Made by a program: the position numbers and the translations under genes. Of a stretch of 64,000 bases of DNA, positions 19,951-28,967 are shown piece by piece. Numbering within the stretch: position 1 is the stretch's first letter; every line of letters starts with the position of its first letter. This DNA is from a virus: IMG/VR virus record IMGVR_UViG_3300042197_002243, one strand, 5' to 3'. The notes under the pieces were generated by a model. The model was given only the letters and a program-made list of their open reading frames with translations, searched no databases and had not been told where the DNA came from.

Positions 19951-20033
19951 GTTTTTCTCCGTTAGATCTCAGTTTATCTAAAAAATATTTATTAAAAATA
20001 CATCTTTGAGTGGGGAAACAATGCATGAACAAT

Positions 20034-20258
20034 TTACCAGTCAGGATATACCCACTTATCAAAAACTTTTGAGGTCATTCTACTTAAAACCACTCTTTTT
20101 TTTGTGCAGTCTTTACATTCATAAGAGTATGAAGATGCTCCAAATCCTTTTCTAATTTTATAAAAATGTTCCATCAAGTTTTTTTGTTGCCCACAAGTTC
20201 TGCAGATTCTTTCCTTAAACAATAAATGACCGAGTTTTAGTTGACCGTCTAAGTCCAT
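20034..20258 (-). CDS. small zinc-ribbon protein (two CxxC)
   Basis: CRTC...CKDC; likely start MDLDG at 20258, coupled to the g17 stop (TAATG). Confidence 0.7.
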   Translation of the reverse strand: MDLDGQLKLGHLLFKERICRTCGQQKNLMEHFYKIRKGFGASSYSYECKDCTKKRVVLSRMTSKVFDKWVYPDW

Positions 20259-21907
20259 TAGCTCAAATATTCCCACATATATGCTCGATCACCATATTCG
20301 TCAGTATACCATCGATCACCATCAGTATCTACAAAACTAGTTTCATCTGTTCCATCAACAATAAATCCAAAAGGAGCCATATCTTGCTCTATCTGGTTTT
20401 TCTGCTCCTCATATAACCGCTTTCTAACATCCTGATCCGTAAGTTCTTTAAAATAATCTTGAGCTACTAACCATGCATAAATTACCAAACACATTGCTAG
20501 ATCATCATTGCAACCTTCTTCTGCTTCAAATGAATTATTTTTTTGAATGAATGTTGTAAGTTCACTCATAATTTCATAATCACTGAATATTAATTTGTCT
20601 TCCTCAATCATTGTCTTGAGATTGAGGCATCCAACTTTTTTCACTGCCTTGGACATCTTAACGCCAAGTTGAGTTTTCTTTCCAGAAAATCCTTGACCAA
20701 CAATTTGTCCCGCTCTACCACGCATGGAGCACATTAATAAATTGTTATACTCAAGATCATAATGAATAATTGAAGCAACCTGATCTCCCACGTCGTTAAC
20801 TTCGCAGAGGATAAATGCGCCATTATAACTTTTTGCAACATCAACAATCACACTTGGAAAAAGCATTGGTTTAATTTCGTTGTTTCGATACTTTGCAACA
20901 ACTTTATGGGGAAAACTTGAAATATCTACGACAGTAAATGCCGAGTAATCATTTCCAACTCCGCGAGCAACGTCAACTGTAATTAAATAATCATGCTCAT
21001 CAATTGGATCCTGATATACATCCAGTCCTCCGCTGCGAGTCTTAGGATGATCATAAACTAAAGCCCGAAGTTTGCTTGCTGCAATGAGTGTATCAACAGA
21101 CCCTAAGAATTCACATTCAAACTCAACTTTGAATTGCTGCTCAGAAGTGTTTGCAATCGTTTGTTTTTTCCACTCAGCATCGCGTCCAGGAACTTCAGAC
21201 CAATGAACATCAGTGAATACATATTCATTTTTACCACGCTCTGCATCATGCCACATGCGGTAGAAATGATTCATACCATGTGGCGTAGAAACAATAATTA
21301 CTTTCGTACTTTTACCCGAAGTAATTGTAGGATAAACTGACGCGAAGAATGAATCTGCGATGTGATTCGGAACGAACGCAAATTCGTCCAAAAAGAGAAT
21401 ATTGAAAGACATACCACGAACCGCAGAAGCAGAAGTAGAAGCAGCCAAGATCTTACTTCCATTCTCCAATTCCAATGATCCCTTATTCCATGCAATGATT
21501 CCTTGTTGCATCCATTTTGGTAGGTTTTCATATGCAGTTTGCAAGCGGTCTAAAAGTTCCCTTGCGGTTGCCGCTTTGTTAGCTAGAATACCTATATTTA
21601 CATTATCATTGAATACTGCATAATGTAGAAGGAATGATACCACAGTTGTAGACTTACCAGTCTGTCGTGGCATCTTACAGATATTAAATCGATGATTATG
21701 GAAATTGTTGACCAATTTTTCTTGAAAAGGATACATTGCAAATGGCTGCAATCCCTTATCAAGAGTCACAATTTTTACATAATTCTTTGCAAAATAAACT
21801 GGATCCTGTTTACATTTAACAAACTCAAGAATTTGTTCTTGAGTAAATTCAATCGGTGTATTTGCTTTTTTTAATAGCGGATTGCCAAGATAAACATCAT
21901 TTGCCAT
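20258..21907 (-). CDS. g17: terminase large subunit gp17
   Basis: PRQTGKST Walker A, LFLDEFAF Walker B, VDVARG and NDDLAM nuclease motifs. Confidence 0.98.
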   Translation of the reverse strand: MANDVYLGNPLLKKANTPIEFTQEQILEFVKCKQDPVYFAKNYVKIVTLDKGLQPFAMYPFQEKLVNNFHNHRFNICKMPRQTGKSTTVVSFLLHYAVFNDNVNIGILANKAATARELLDRLQTAYENLPKWMQQGIIAWNKGSLELENGSKILAASTSASAVRGMSFNILFLDEFAFVPNHIADSFFASVYPTITSGKSTKVIIVSTPHGMNHFYRMWHDAERGKNEYVFTDVHWSEVPGRDAEWKKQTIANTSEQQFKVEFECEFLGSVDTLIAASKLRALVYDHPKTRSGGLDVYQDPIDEHDYLITVDVARGVGNDYSAFTVVDISSFPHKVVAKYRNNEIKPMLFPSVIVDVAKSYNGAFILCEVNDVGDQVASIIHYDLEYNNLLMCSMRGRAGQIVGQGFSGKKTQLGVKMSKAVKKVGCLNLKTMIEEDKLIFSDYEIMSELTTFIQKNNSFEAEEGCNDDLAMCLVIYAWLVAQDYFKELTDQDVRKRLYEEQKNQIEQDMAPFGFIVDGTDETSFVDTDGDRWYTDEYGDRAYMWEYLS

Positions 21908-21913
21908 AAAATA

Positions 21914-23404
21914 TTAACAGTTCCAAGCTCTAAGTGATTTGTTTATTCTGCTATCTGGATCTCTTGCAGTTTTTGCTGAAGTTAGTTTTGCCTTCATTCC
22001 TTTCATTCTAGCGCAGAACGATGCCCTACGGGGATTGCCAACTTTTTTTGAAGGTGCTTTAAGGTCGCTTCCTGGATTTTCGCGTTCATATGATTTACGA
22101 CCTTTTTCGTTGAGTCCGCCACTTTGATTCTTTCCTTCTTTACGTTGCCATGCAGAAACTTCTTCAATTGTTTCTTCACCAATTGTTTTATTATTTAAAA
22201 GATAATTTTTGGATTTTTGGAGATCGTAAACTTGAATCAATGGTTGTCCTGGTTCTAATCCTGCAACATTGTATTGAAGGACTGATGCTCCAGGATATAC
22301 TTTTTGAATTTGATCGGTTATTTCTCTTCTATTTGGCATCTTAACTTGTGGGAAAAACATTTTGTTCATATAAGTTTTTCCGCGCCAAGAAATAATTACA
22401 GAGATGATATTGCCATTAGTTGCTGGAAGACGAACTGATTCATCGACAACTGAAGGGCATTTTTCTTTACCATGAATCGGACAGTCCTTTCCATTCTCAG
22501 TATGAGTACATTCATTCTCTTCACTAACTGGAACACAATTTGGAACAACCTTTTTACCTTTCTTTTTCATTCCAACCTGCTTATACCCATCCCAACATTT
22601 TTCATCTAAGTTTAATTCTGCAAGAATCTTTTGGGCAATAGAAGATAACTCTTCACTTTTATTTCCCCAATTTGCTGCACCCTTTTTACGACACTTGACC
22701 AATGCCCCAGATGCATATGCACTTGGCCAAACATCGTATCTTGCTTTTACTTTATGGTAGCAAGCATCTTTCTTACCACTGCTTTTACCTTTTTCATCTG
22801 CTTCTTCATTCATTTCTCCACTATCAACATAGTCCGCAGCAGCATCAAGATAATCTGCAGCTTTAGTAATTTTTGATTGAACCCATGCTTCAATTTCTCC
22901 TTCACCTTTGCCCATCTTTGATTTGAGGCGTTTGGCAGCATTCATAATGGTTGAAAGTTCTGAACGAGCCATTGAATACTCGTGATCTTTTTCTTCTTTC
23001 ATTTTTTTTCTTGGACTATCGGTTGAAACATAGGTTGGTTTTGCTGCACCAGTTTTTTGTTGTTGTCCTGGATCTGCTGCTTTTTTTCTTTTTGCTGCGG
23101 AGCGTCTTTCTGCAGGTGTCATGCTTGCTCTTTTTGCTGAAGAAACACATTTAGGAACACCTTCTCCCGGTTCATCACTAGCACAAGTGCCACCAGTTAC
23201 AACGTTAACCCAACCAGGTTTTCCATCTTTCGATTTACTCTGAAACCATTTGTGAAGACCTTCTTCACTAATGGAAGAACCGTTTTCTTTACGAAGCATA
23301 CCTTCAGGATCTACCATAAAACCAGCAGGAATTGGTTTACATTCCTTATTTGTATAGCAATAGTATTGCCCTGCAGGGCAAAGTCCATTTTTCTGCTTTT
23401 TCAC
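21914..23404 (-). CDS. multi-module basic late protein (putative protease-processed internal head polyprotein)
   Basis: 496 aa; about 8 short modules separated by hydrophobic-X-E motifs; has its own late promoter. The function is inferred. Confidence 0.75.
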   Translation of the reverse strand: MKKQKNGLCPAGQYYCYTNKECKPIPAGFMVDPEGMLRKENGSSISEEGLHKWFQSKSKDGKPGWVNVVTGGTCASDEPGEGVPKCVSSAKRASMTPAERRSAAKRKKAADPGQQQKTGAAKPTYVSTDSPRKKMKEEKDHEYSMARSELSTIMNAAKRLKSKMGKGEGEIEAWVQSKITKAADYLDAAADYVDSGEMNEEADEKGKSSGKKDACYHKVKARYDVWPSAYASGALVKCRKKGAANWGNKSEELSSIAQKILAELNLDEKCWDGYKQVGMKKKGKKVVPNCVPVSEENECTHTENGKDCPIHGKEKCPSVVDESVRLPATNGNIISVIISWRGKTYMNKMFFPQVKMPNRREITDQIQKVYPGASVLQYNVAGLEPGQPLIQVYDLQKSKNYLLNNKTIGEETIEEVSAWQRKEGKNQSGGLNEKGRKSYERENPGSDLKAPSKKVGNPRRASFCARMKGMKAKLTSAKTARDPDSRINKSLRAWNC

Positions 23405-23424
23405 ATTAACGATTCTTTTTTTTT

Positions 23425-23432
23425 TATTTATA
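23425..23432 (-). promoter_or_regulatory. T4 late promoter TATAAATA
   Basis: Perfect consensus fused to the T tract of the upstream terminator. Confidence 0.8.
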
Positions 23433-23457
23433 AAAAAAGGGGGCAGTTGCCTGCCCC
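23432..23457 (-). terminator. rho-independent terminator after the long fibre gene
   Basis: GGGGCAG-GCAA-CTGCCCC followed by C and a T run. Confidence 0.9.
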
Positions 23458-23481
23458 GATTAGAACTTAGTCAGTGACGAA

Positions 23482-26400
23482 TCACTTTTTGAGTTCTTCG
23501 ATTTCTGCCTTCAGCGCAGCGATCATTTCGCCTTGCTCACGTACAGCAGCGATCAGAACACCAACAAGACCGTTATAGTTAACAGTCTTATGAGTATCAC
23601 CTGTTTGTACGAGTTGTGGCAGGTGCTCTTCAATCTGTTGTGCAACGACACCGCAGGTTTCAGCACCACTTGACTTCCAAGTGAAGTGTACACCTTCCAG
23701 TTTTCCAACCAGTTCGGATGCATTTTCAATAACGCGGATATTATCCTTCAGGTTTCTATCCGAAGTTGAGTTGAAATCTGTTGCAGTAACAATTCCACTT
23801 GAGTTGACATTAGCACAAGTCAATTGACCAGTAATGGTCATCGTTGTGTTTGCATTAACTGCACCAGTAAACGTCGAAATACCAGTGTTGCTGATGAACA
23901 GCGAATTAAAGGTATTTGGAGCATATCCAAGAGCAGTCTCAAGGGTTGCAATGGTTGTTGCGTCAACAGAGTTGATTCCAACCAGAGCTGAAGAGTTAAC
24001 CCACTCAGAACCGTTATACTGGAGAATTTGACCGTTTGAAGATGATGTTAAGGTAACATCTGAAAGGTCATTCAGTGAGTTAATTGATCCACCATAAGTT
24101 GAAACATTGTATGCATAGAATTCAACAACATCTCCAGCAAATGCAGCTTCACCCAGAGTAACTGAAGTTCCATTATTCGCAGTAAACTCACTAGGAGCAA
24201 GTTTAACACCATTAACGTAGATATCGAGATATCCAACAGTATAATCAACGGTGAATGAAGTTTGACCAGAAGTTGCAGTCTGAACAGAAGTAGTTCTCAA
24301 CTGTGGGAGAACGCTACCAATATCCGACCAAGAAACTCCAGTTCCAACTGATTTCAGAACATATCCAATTGTTCCTGTAGAATCATTTGCATCTGTAAGA
24401 GCACCACCAATATCAATACCACCAGTAGCGGTTACGATACCAGAAGCAACAACACTTACAAGTGAAATGTTATCGTCTAAATCAATGTCAACACCATTAG
24501 AAGCAGCAGTGGTATTAATATTTGTACCACCAGTGATTGCTAATGCTTCGGTTAAGAGATTGATTGTTTCAGAACCAGAGTCTCCAGTTACTGTTAAAGC
24601 AGTTCCAACCGCAGCCGTACCAACAGATGTTAAACGACCCTTGGAATCAACAGTGAATGTAGGAATTTCAGTTGATGAACCATAAGAACCAGTAGTAACT
24701 CCAGTGTTTGCTAAAGTAAGAGCAAGTCCAACATTAGCAGTACCATCAAACGAAACTGCAGATGCAGTTGCGTCTCCAGAGATGCTAAAGTCACGAGCAG
24801 TATCAAGAGCAGTCGCTGTATCAGCATTGCCTGTCAAGTTGCCAGTTACGTTACCTGTTACAGTTCCAATGAATCCACCAGTTGCCGTTATGATTCCTGA
24901 AGCATTAACATTAGCGATTGTTAATGAATTTGCACTCAGAACTTCTGTGTTGTTGATCTTATATACTTTTCCAGAAGCAAGATTCAGGTTTTCTGATGAA
25001 CCGAAGTTATCACCTGTTGCTTCAAATTGGAAAGTCTTATTTCCATCACCGGACTGAACGGTGAATCCTCCACCGTTAGCTGCAGCATCATTAACTGCAC
25101 CATCAGCAAGAAGAATATTCAGATCATCAACAGTAACTGTTGTTGAATTAATAGTGGTTGTTGTACCATCAACTTGAAGATCGCCCTTGATTACAACCGT
25201 TCCAGTATTGTCACCAACAGCAGCAGGGTCAATAGTAATGGTTGCAGGACCAGAAATGGTATTGGTATTGATACCAATTGCAGAACCAGAAGCACCAGTT
25301 TTAAACTCAGCTGCGGTTACGATACCAGAAGCAACAACACTTGTCAGTGAGATATTTGGATCAAGATCAATTGTAACTGTGTCAGATGAAACTGAAGATG
25401 TTAAATTAGTTCCACCAGATACTGTGAGAATATCTGTAAGTAAACTAATAACGCTAGATCCAGTATCACCGGCAACGGTCATTCCAGTTGAAACTGAAAC
25501 AGAACCTGCGGCAGTTAAACGACCTTTAGAGTCAACAGTGAATGTAGGAATTTCTGAAGCAGAACCATAAGAACCAGTGGTAACTCCAGTGTTTGCTAAA
25601 GTAAGAGCAAGCCCAACATTAGCAGTACCATCAAATGAAACTGCAGCAGCAGTTGCATCACCAGAAATACTGAAGTCGCGGGCAGTATCAAGAGCAGTTG
25701 CTGTATCGGCATTACCAGTTACGTTACCGGTTAAGTTTCCAGAGAAACCACTAGTAGCGGTGGCTACACCAGTTACAACTACACCAGAAGCGTTAGTATC
25801 AAATGCAGCAGCGTTAACTTCACCAGTTACGTTACCTGTCAGGTTTCCAGAGAAACCACTAGTAGCAGTAGCAACACCTGTAACTACAACACCAGAAGCA
25901 TTGGTATCAAACGAAACCGAATTAACTTCACCAGTTAAATCTCCAGTTACGTTACCTGTTACATCACCGGTTACGTTACCTGTTAAGTTTCCAGAGAAAC
26001 CACTAGTAGCAGTAGCAACACCAGTTACAACTACACCAGAAGCATTAGTATCAAATGAAACCGAATTAACTTCACCAGTTAAATCTCCAGTTACGTTACC
26101 TGTTAAGTTTCCAGAGAAACCACTAGTAGCGGTTACAACACCAGAAGCAACAACACTTGTCAGTGAGATATTTGGATCCAGGTTAATTGTAACTGTGTTT
26201 GAAGCAGCTGAAGAAGTCAGGTTTGTACCACCAGAAACTGTCAGAGTTTCTGTAAGTAAATTAATGTCTTCCGAACCCGAATCGCCGGCAACGGTAAGTG
26301 CAGTACCTACAGATGCAGTTCCAGCAGCAGTTAAACGACCTCTTGAATCAACAGTAAATGTAGGAATTGAGGTAGATGAACCGTAAGAACCAGCAGCAAC

Positions 26401-28887
26401 TCCAGTTGTTGATAATCCAAGGGTAACTGCAGCGGTTTCAGAACCAGATCCTGAAACAACAATGTCGGATGAACCAGAATCAGCAATAGTAGCTACATAG
26501 TCGCCAGTTGTATCGGTTCCAAGTCCAACCGAATTTGGTTGAATAGTTGCTGCAATCGAAACGTTAGCAGTACCATCAAACGAAACTTGACCAACTACAT
26601 CACCAGTTAACTCAATAGTTCTTGCAGTTTGCAGAGCAGTTGCTGTATCGGCATTACCAGTTACGTTACCAGTTAAGTTTCCGGAGAAACCACTAGTAGC
26701 GGTGGCTACACCAGTTACAACTACACCAGAAGCATTGGTATCAAACGAAACTGAATTAACTTCACCAGTTAAATCTCCAGTTACGTTACCAGTTACGTTA
26801 CCCGTCAGATTTCCAGAGAAACCACTAGTAGCAGTAGCAACACCAGTTACAACTACACCAGAAGCGTTAGTATCAAATGCAGCAGCGTTAACTTCACCAG
26901 TTAAGTCTCCAGTTACATTACCAGTTAAGTTTCCTGAGAAACCACTAGTAGCAGTAGCAACACCAGTAACTACAACACCAGAAGCATTGGTATCAAATGC
27001 AGCTGAGTTAACTTCACCAGTTAAGTCTCCAGTTACGTTACCTGTTACATCACCGGTTACGTTACCTGTTAAAGGACCAAAGAATGAAGTAGCGGTTACA
27101 ACACCAGAAGCATTAACATTAGTAATTGAAAGTGAAGTTGCACTCAGAACTTCAGTACCATTGATCTTATATGATTTTCCTGAAGCAAGATTGAAGTTTT
27201 CGCTTGATTTTAATGCAGTATTAGCATGATCATACAATAAAGTATTGTCAGGACCAATTTTAATACCAGCACCATCAGCGAGCGCGTCAGTTGTTGCTGT
27301 TGTAGCAATACCAACAATAAAGTCTCCGAGTTCAATTACCGTAGAATTAATAACGGTTTGAACGCCGTCAACAAACAGGTCACCTTTAATTCTTACAGCA
27401 CCAGTATTATCACCAACAGCAGCAGGATCAATGGTAATTTCTGAAGGACCAGAAATTGTATTGCTGCTAATTCCGATTGCAGCGCCAGCAGCACCAGTTT
27501 TAAATTCGGATGCAGTTACGATACCAGAAGCGACAACGCTTGTCAGTGAGATATTTGGATCAAGATCAACTGTAACTGTGTTTGATGCAGCTGAAGAAGT
27601 AAGGTTTGTACCACCAGAAACTGTTAAGGTTTCTGTGAGTAAATTGATAGTTTCAGTTCCAGTATCACCAGCAACGGTCATTCCAGTTGAAACTGAAACA
27701 GAACCTGCGGCGGTTAAACGACCCTTTGCATCAACAGTAAATGTAGGAATTTCCGAGGAAGAACCATATGATCCAGGAGTTACTGCTGTATTTACAAGGT
27801 CAACTGTAATTGTATTGCTTGCTGCAGATGCAGAAATACTTCCTGCAGCACCAGCGACAGTCAGAGTTTCAGTTAACAGATTAATGGTCTCAGAACCAGA
27901 ATTTCCAGCAACTGTTAAAGCAGTACCAACCGCAGCTGTACCAGCGGCAGTTAAACGACCTTTAGAATCAACAGTGAATGTAGGAATTTCGGTTGATGAA
28001 CCATAAGAACCAGTGGTAACTCCAGTGTTTGCTAAAGTAAGTGCGAGTCCAACGTTAGCAGTACCATCAAATGAGACTGCAGCAGCAGTTGCGTCTCCAG
28101 AAATACTGAAGTCGCGGGCAGTATCAAGAGCAGTTGCTGTATCAGCATTACCAGTTACGTTACCTGTTAAGTTTCCAGAGAAACCACTAGTAGCAGTAGC
28201 AACACCAGTTACAACTACACCAGAAGCATTTGTATCAAACGAAGCCGCATTAACTTCACCAGTTAAGTCTCCAGTTACATTACCAGTTACATTACCAGTT
28301 AAAGGACCAGAGAATGAAGTAGCAGTAGCAACACCTGTAACTACAACACCAGAAGCATTAGTATCAAATGCAGCAGCGTTAACTTCACCAGTTAAGTCTC
28401 CAGTTACATTACCAGTTAAAGGACCAGAGAATGAAGTAGCAGTAGCAACACCAGTTACAACAACACCCGATGGGTTTGTATCAAATGCAGCAGCATTTAC
28501 TTCACCAGTTAAGTTACCCGTTACATTACCAGTTAAGTTTCCTGAGAAACCACTAGTAGCAGTAGCAACACCAGTTACAACAACACCCGATGGGTTTGTA
28601 TCAAATGCAGCAGAGTCAACTTCACCAGTTAAGTTGCCTTCTACATTACCTGCTACGTTACCAGTTAAAGGACCATAAAATCTTCCTTCTCCAGATACTT
28701 CAAAATTAGCAGCAGTAACGATACCAGTAATTCTGGCATCACCAACAACTACAAATTTTGAATCTGGAAATGCCGTACCAATACCGACCTTTGTTGAAGC
28801 TGAGTTGGAAGTAATTCCAATATATCTCGAACTTGCGTCCAGCTCCAAAAATGACGCAAATTGCGATAGTTCTCTATTAAATGCCAT
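23482..28887 (-). CDS. long repetitive fibre protein with C-terminal intramolecular chaperone (peptidase S74-like)
   Basis: 1801 aa of G/T/S/V-rich repeats; ends with TSDRNLKDNI...GVVAQQIE...VNYNGLVGVLIAAVRE and a coiled coil. Confidence 0.9.
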   Translation of the reverse strand: MAFNRELSQFASFLELDASSRYIGITSNSASTKVGIGTAFPDSKFVVVGDARITGIVTAANFEVSGEGRFYGPLTGNVAGNVEGNLTGEVDSAAFDTNPSGVVVTGVATATSGFSGNLTGNVTGNLTGEVNAAAFDTNPSGVVVTGVATATSFSGPLTGNVTGDLTGEVNAAAFDTNASGVVVTGVATATSFSGPLTGNVTGNVTGDLTGEVNAASFDTNASGVVVTGVATATSGFSGNLTGNVTGNADTATALDTARDFSISGDATAAAVSFDGTANVGLALTLANTGVTTGSYGSSTEIPTFTVDSKGRLTAAGTAAVGTALTVAGNSGSETINLLTETLTVAGAAGSISASAASNTITVDLVNTAVTPGSYGSSSEIPTFTVDAKGRLTAAGSVSVSTGMTVAGDTGTETINLLTETLTVSGGTNLTSSAASNTVTVDLDPNISLTSVVASGIVTASEFKTGAAGAAIGISSNTISGPSEITIDPAAVGDNTGAVRIKGDLFVDGVQTVINSTVIELGDFIVGIATTATTDALADGAGIKIGPDNTLLYDHANTALKSSENFNLASGKSYKINGTEVLSATSLSITNVNASGVVTATSFFGPLTGNVTGDVTGNVTGDLTGEVNSAAFDTNASGVVVTGVATATSGFSGNLTGNVTGDLTGEVNAAAFDTNASGVVVTGVATATSGFSGNLTGNVTGNVTGDLTGEVNSVSFDTNASGVVVTGVATATSGFSGNLTGNVTGNADTATALQTARTIELTGDVVGQVSFDGTANVSIAATIQPNSVGLGTDTTGDYVATIADSGSSDIVVSGSGSETAAVTLGLSTTGVAAGSYGSSTSIPTFTVDSRGRLTAAGTASVGTALTVAGDSGSEDINLLTETLTVSGGTNLTSSAASNTVTINLDPNISLTSVVASGVVTATSGFSGNLTGNVTGDLTGEVNSVSFDTNASGVVVTGVATATSGFSGNLTGNVTGDVTGNVTGDLTGEVNSVSFDTNASGVVVTGVATATSGFSGNLTGNVTGEVNAAAFDTNASGVVVTGVATATSGFSGNLTGNVTGNADTATALDTARDFSISGDATAAAVSFDGTANVGLALTLANTGVTTGSYGSASEIPTFTVDSKGRLTAAGSVSVSTGMTVAGDTGSSVISLLTDILTVSGGTNLTSSVSSDTVTIDLDPNISLTSVVASGIVTAAEFKTGASGSAIGINTNTISGPATITIDPAAVGDNTGTVVIKGDLQVDGTTTTINSTTVTVDDLNILLADGAVNDAAANGGGFTVQSGDGNKTFQFEATGDNFGSSENLNLASGKVYKINNTEVLSANSLTIANVNASGIITATGGFIGTVTGNVTGNLTGNADTATALDTARDFSISGDATASAVSFDGTANVGLALTLANTGVTTGSYGSSTEIPTFTVDSKGRLTSVGTAAVGTALTVTGDSGSETINLLTEALAITGGTNINTTAASNGVDIDLDDNISLVSVVASGIVTATGGIDIGGALTDANDSTGTIGYVLKSVGTGVSWSDIGSVLPQLRTTSVQTATSGQTSFTVDYTVGYLDIYVNGVKLAPSEFTANNGTSVTLGEAAFAGDVVEFYAYNVSTYGGSINSLNDLSDVTLTSSSNGQILQYNGSEWVNSSALVGINSVDATTIATLETALGYAPNTFNSLFISNTGISTFTGAVNANTTMTITGQLTCANVNSSGIVTATDFNSTSDRNLKDNIRVIENASELVGKLEGVHFTWKSSGAETCGVVAQQIEEHLPQLVQTGDTHKTVNYNGLVGVLIAAVREQGEMIAALKAEIEELKK
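24430..28680 (-). repeat. hierarchical intragenic repeats of the fibre gene
   Basis: 10 copies of GEVxxxxFDTNxSGVVVTGVATATS (clusters of 4, 3 and 3), 5 of GSYGSxxxIPTFTVDxxGRLT, 4 of TATALxTAR...VSFDGTANV, 2 of ITIDPAAVGDNTG; variable numbers of 12-bp GNVT units. Confidence 0.92.
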
Positions 28888-28967
28888 TGTCTCCTTTTAG
28901 CGGATGGGGGTTTTTAGATCTAAAAAGCCATCCTCGTGCCGTCGCACTAGGCTTCAAATATATTTAG
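28888..28967 (-). promoter_or_regulatory. late promoter (CTAAATA) plus structured 5' leader and SD of the fibre gene
   Basis: GTGC-GACG-GCAC hairpin; GGATGG...CCATCC stem enclosing the palindrome TTTTTAGATCTAAAAA; AAAGGAG SD. Confidence 0.6.

Noticed and set aside
23834-28678. Long plus-strand ORFs with PVTLPVKFPEKP repeats
   Set aside because: They are antisense shadows of the repetitive fibre gene; its Gly/Thr/Val codons leave the opposite frame free of stops.
24430-28680. Direct repeats resembling a CRISPR array or a DGR template/variable repeat pair
   Set aside because: The repeats are in-frame coding units with no unique spacers and mostly synonymous differences rather than A-specific ones. 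No cas or reverse transcriptase gene is in the window.
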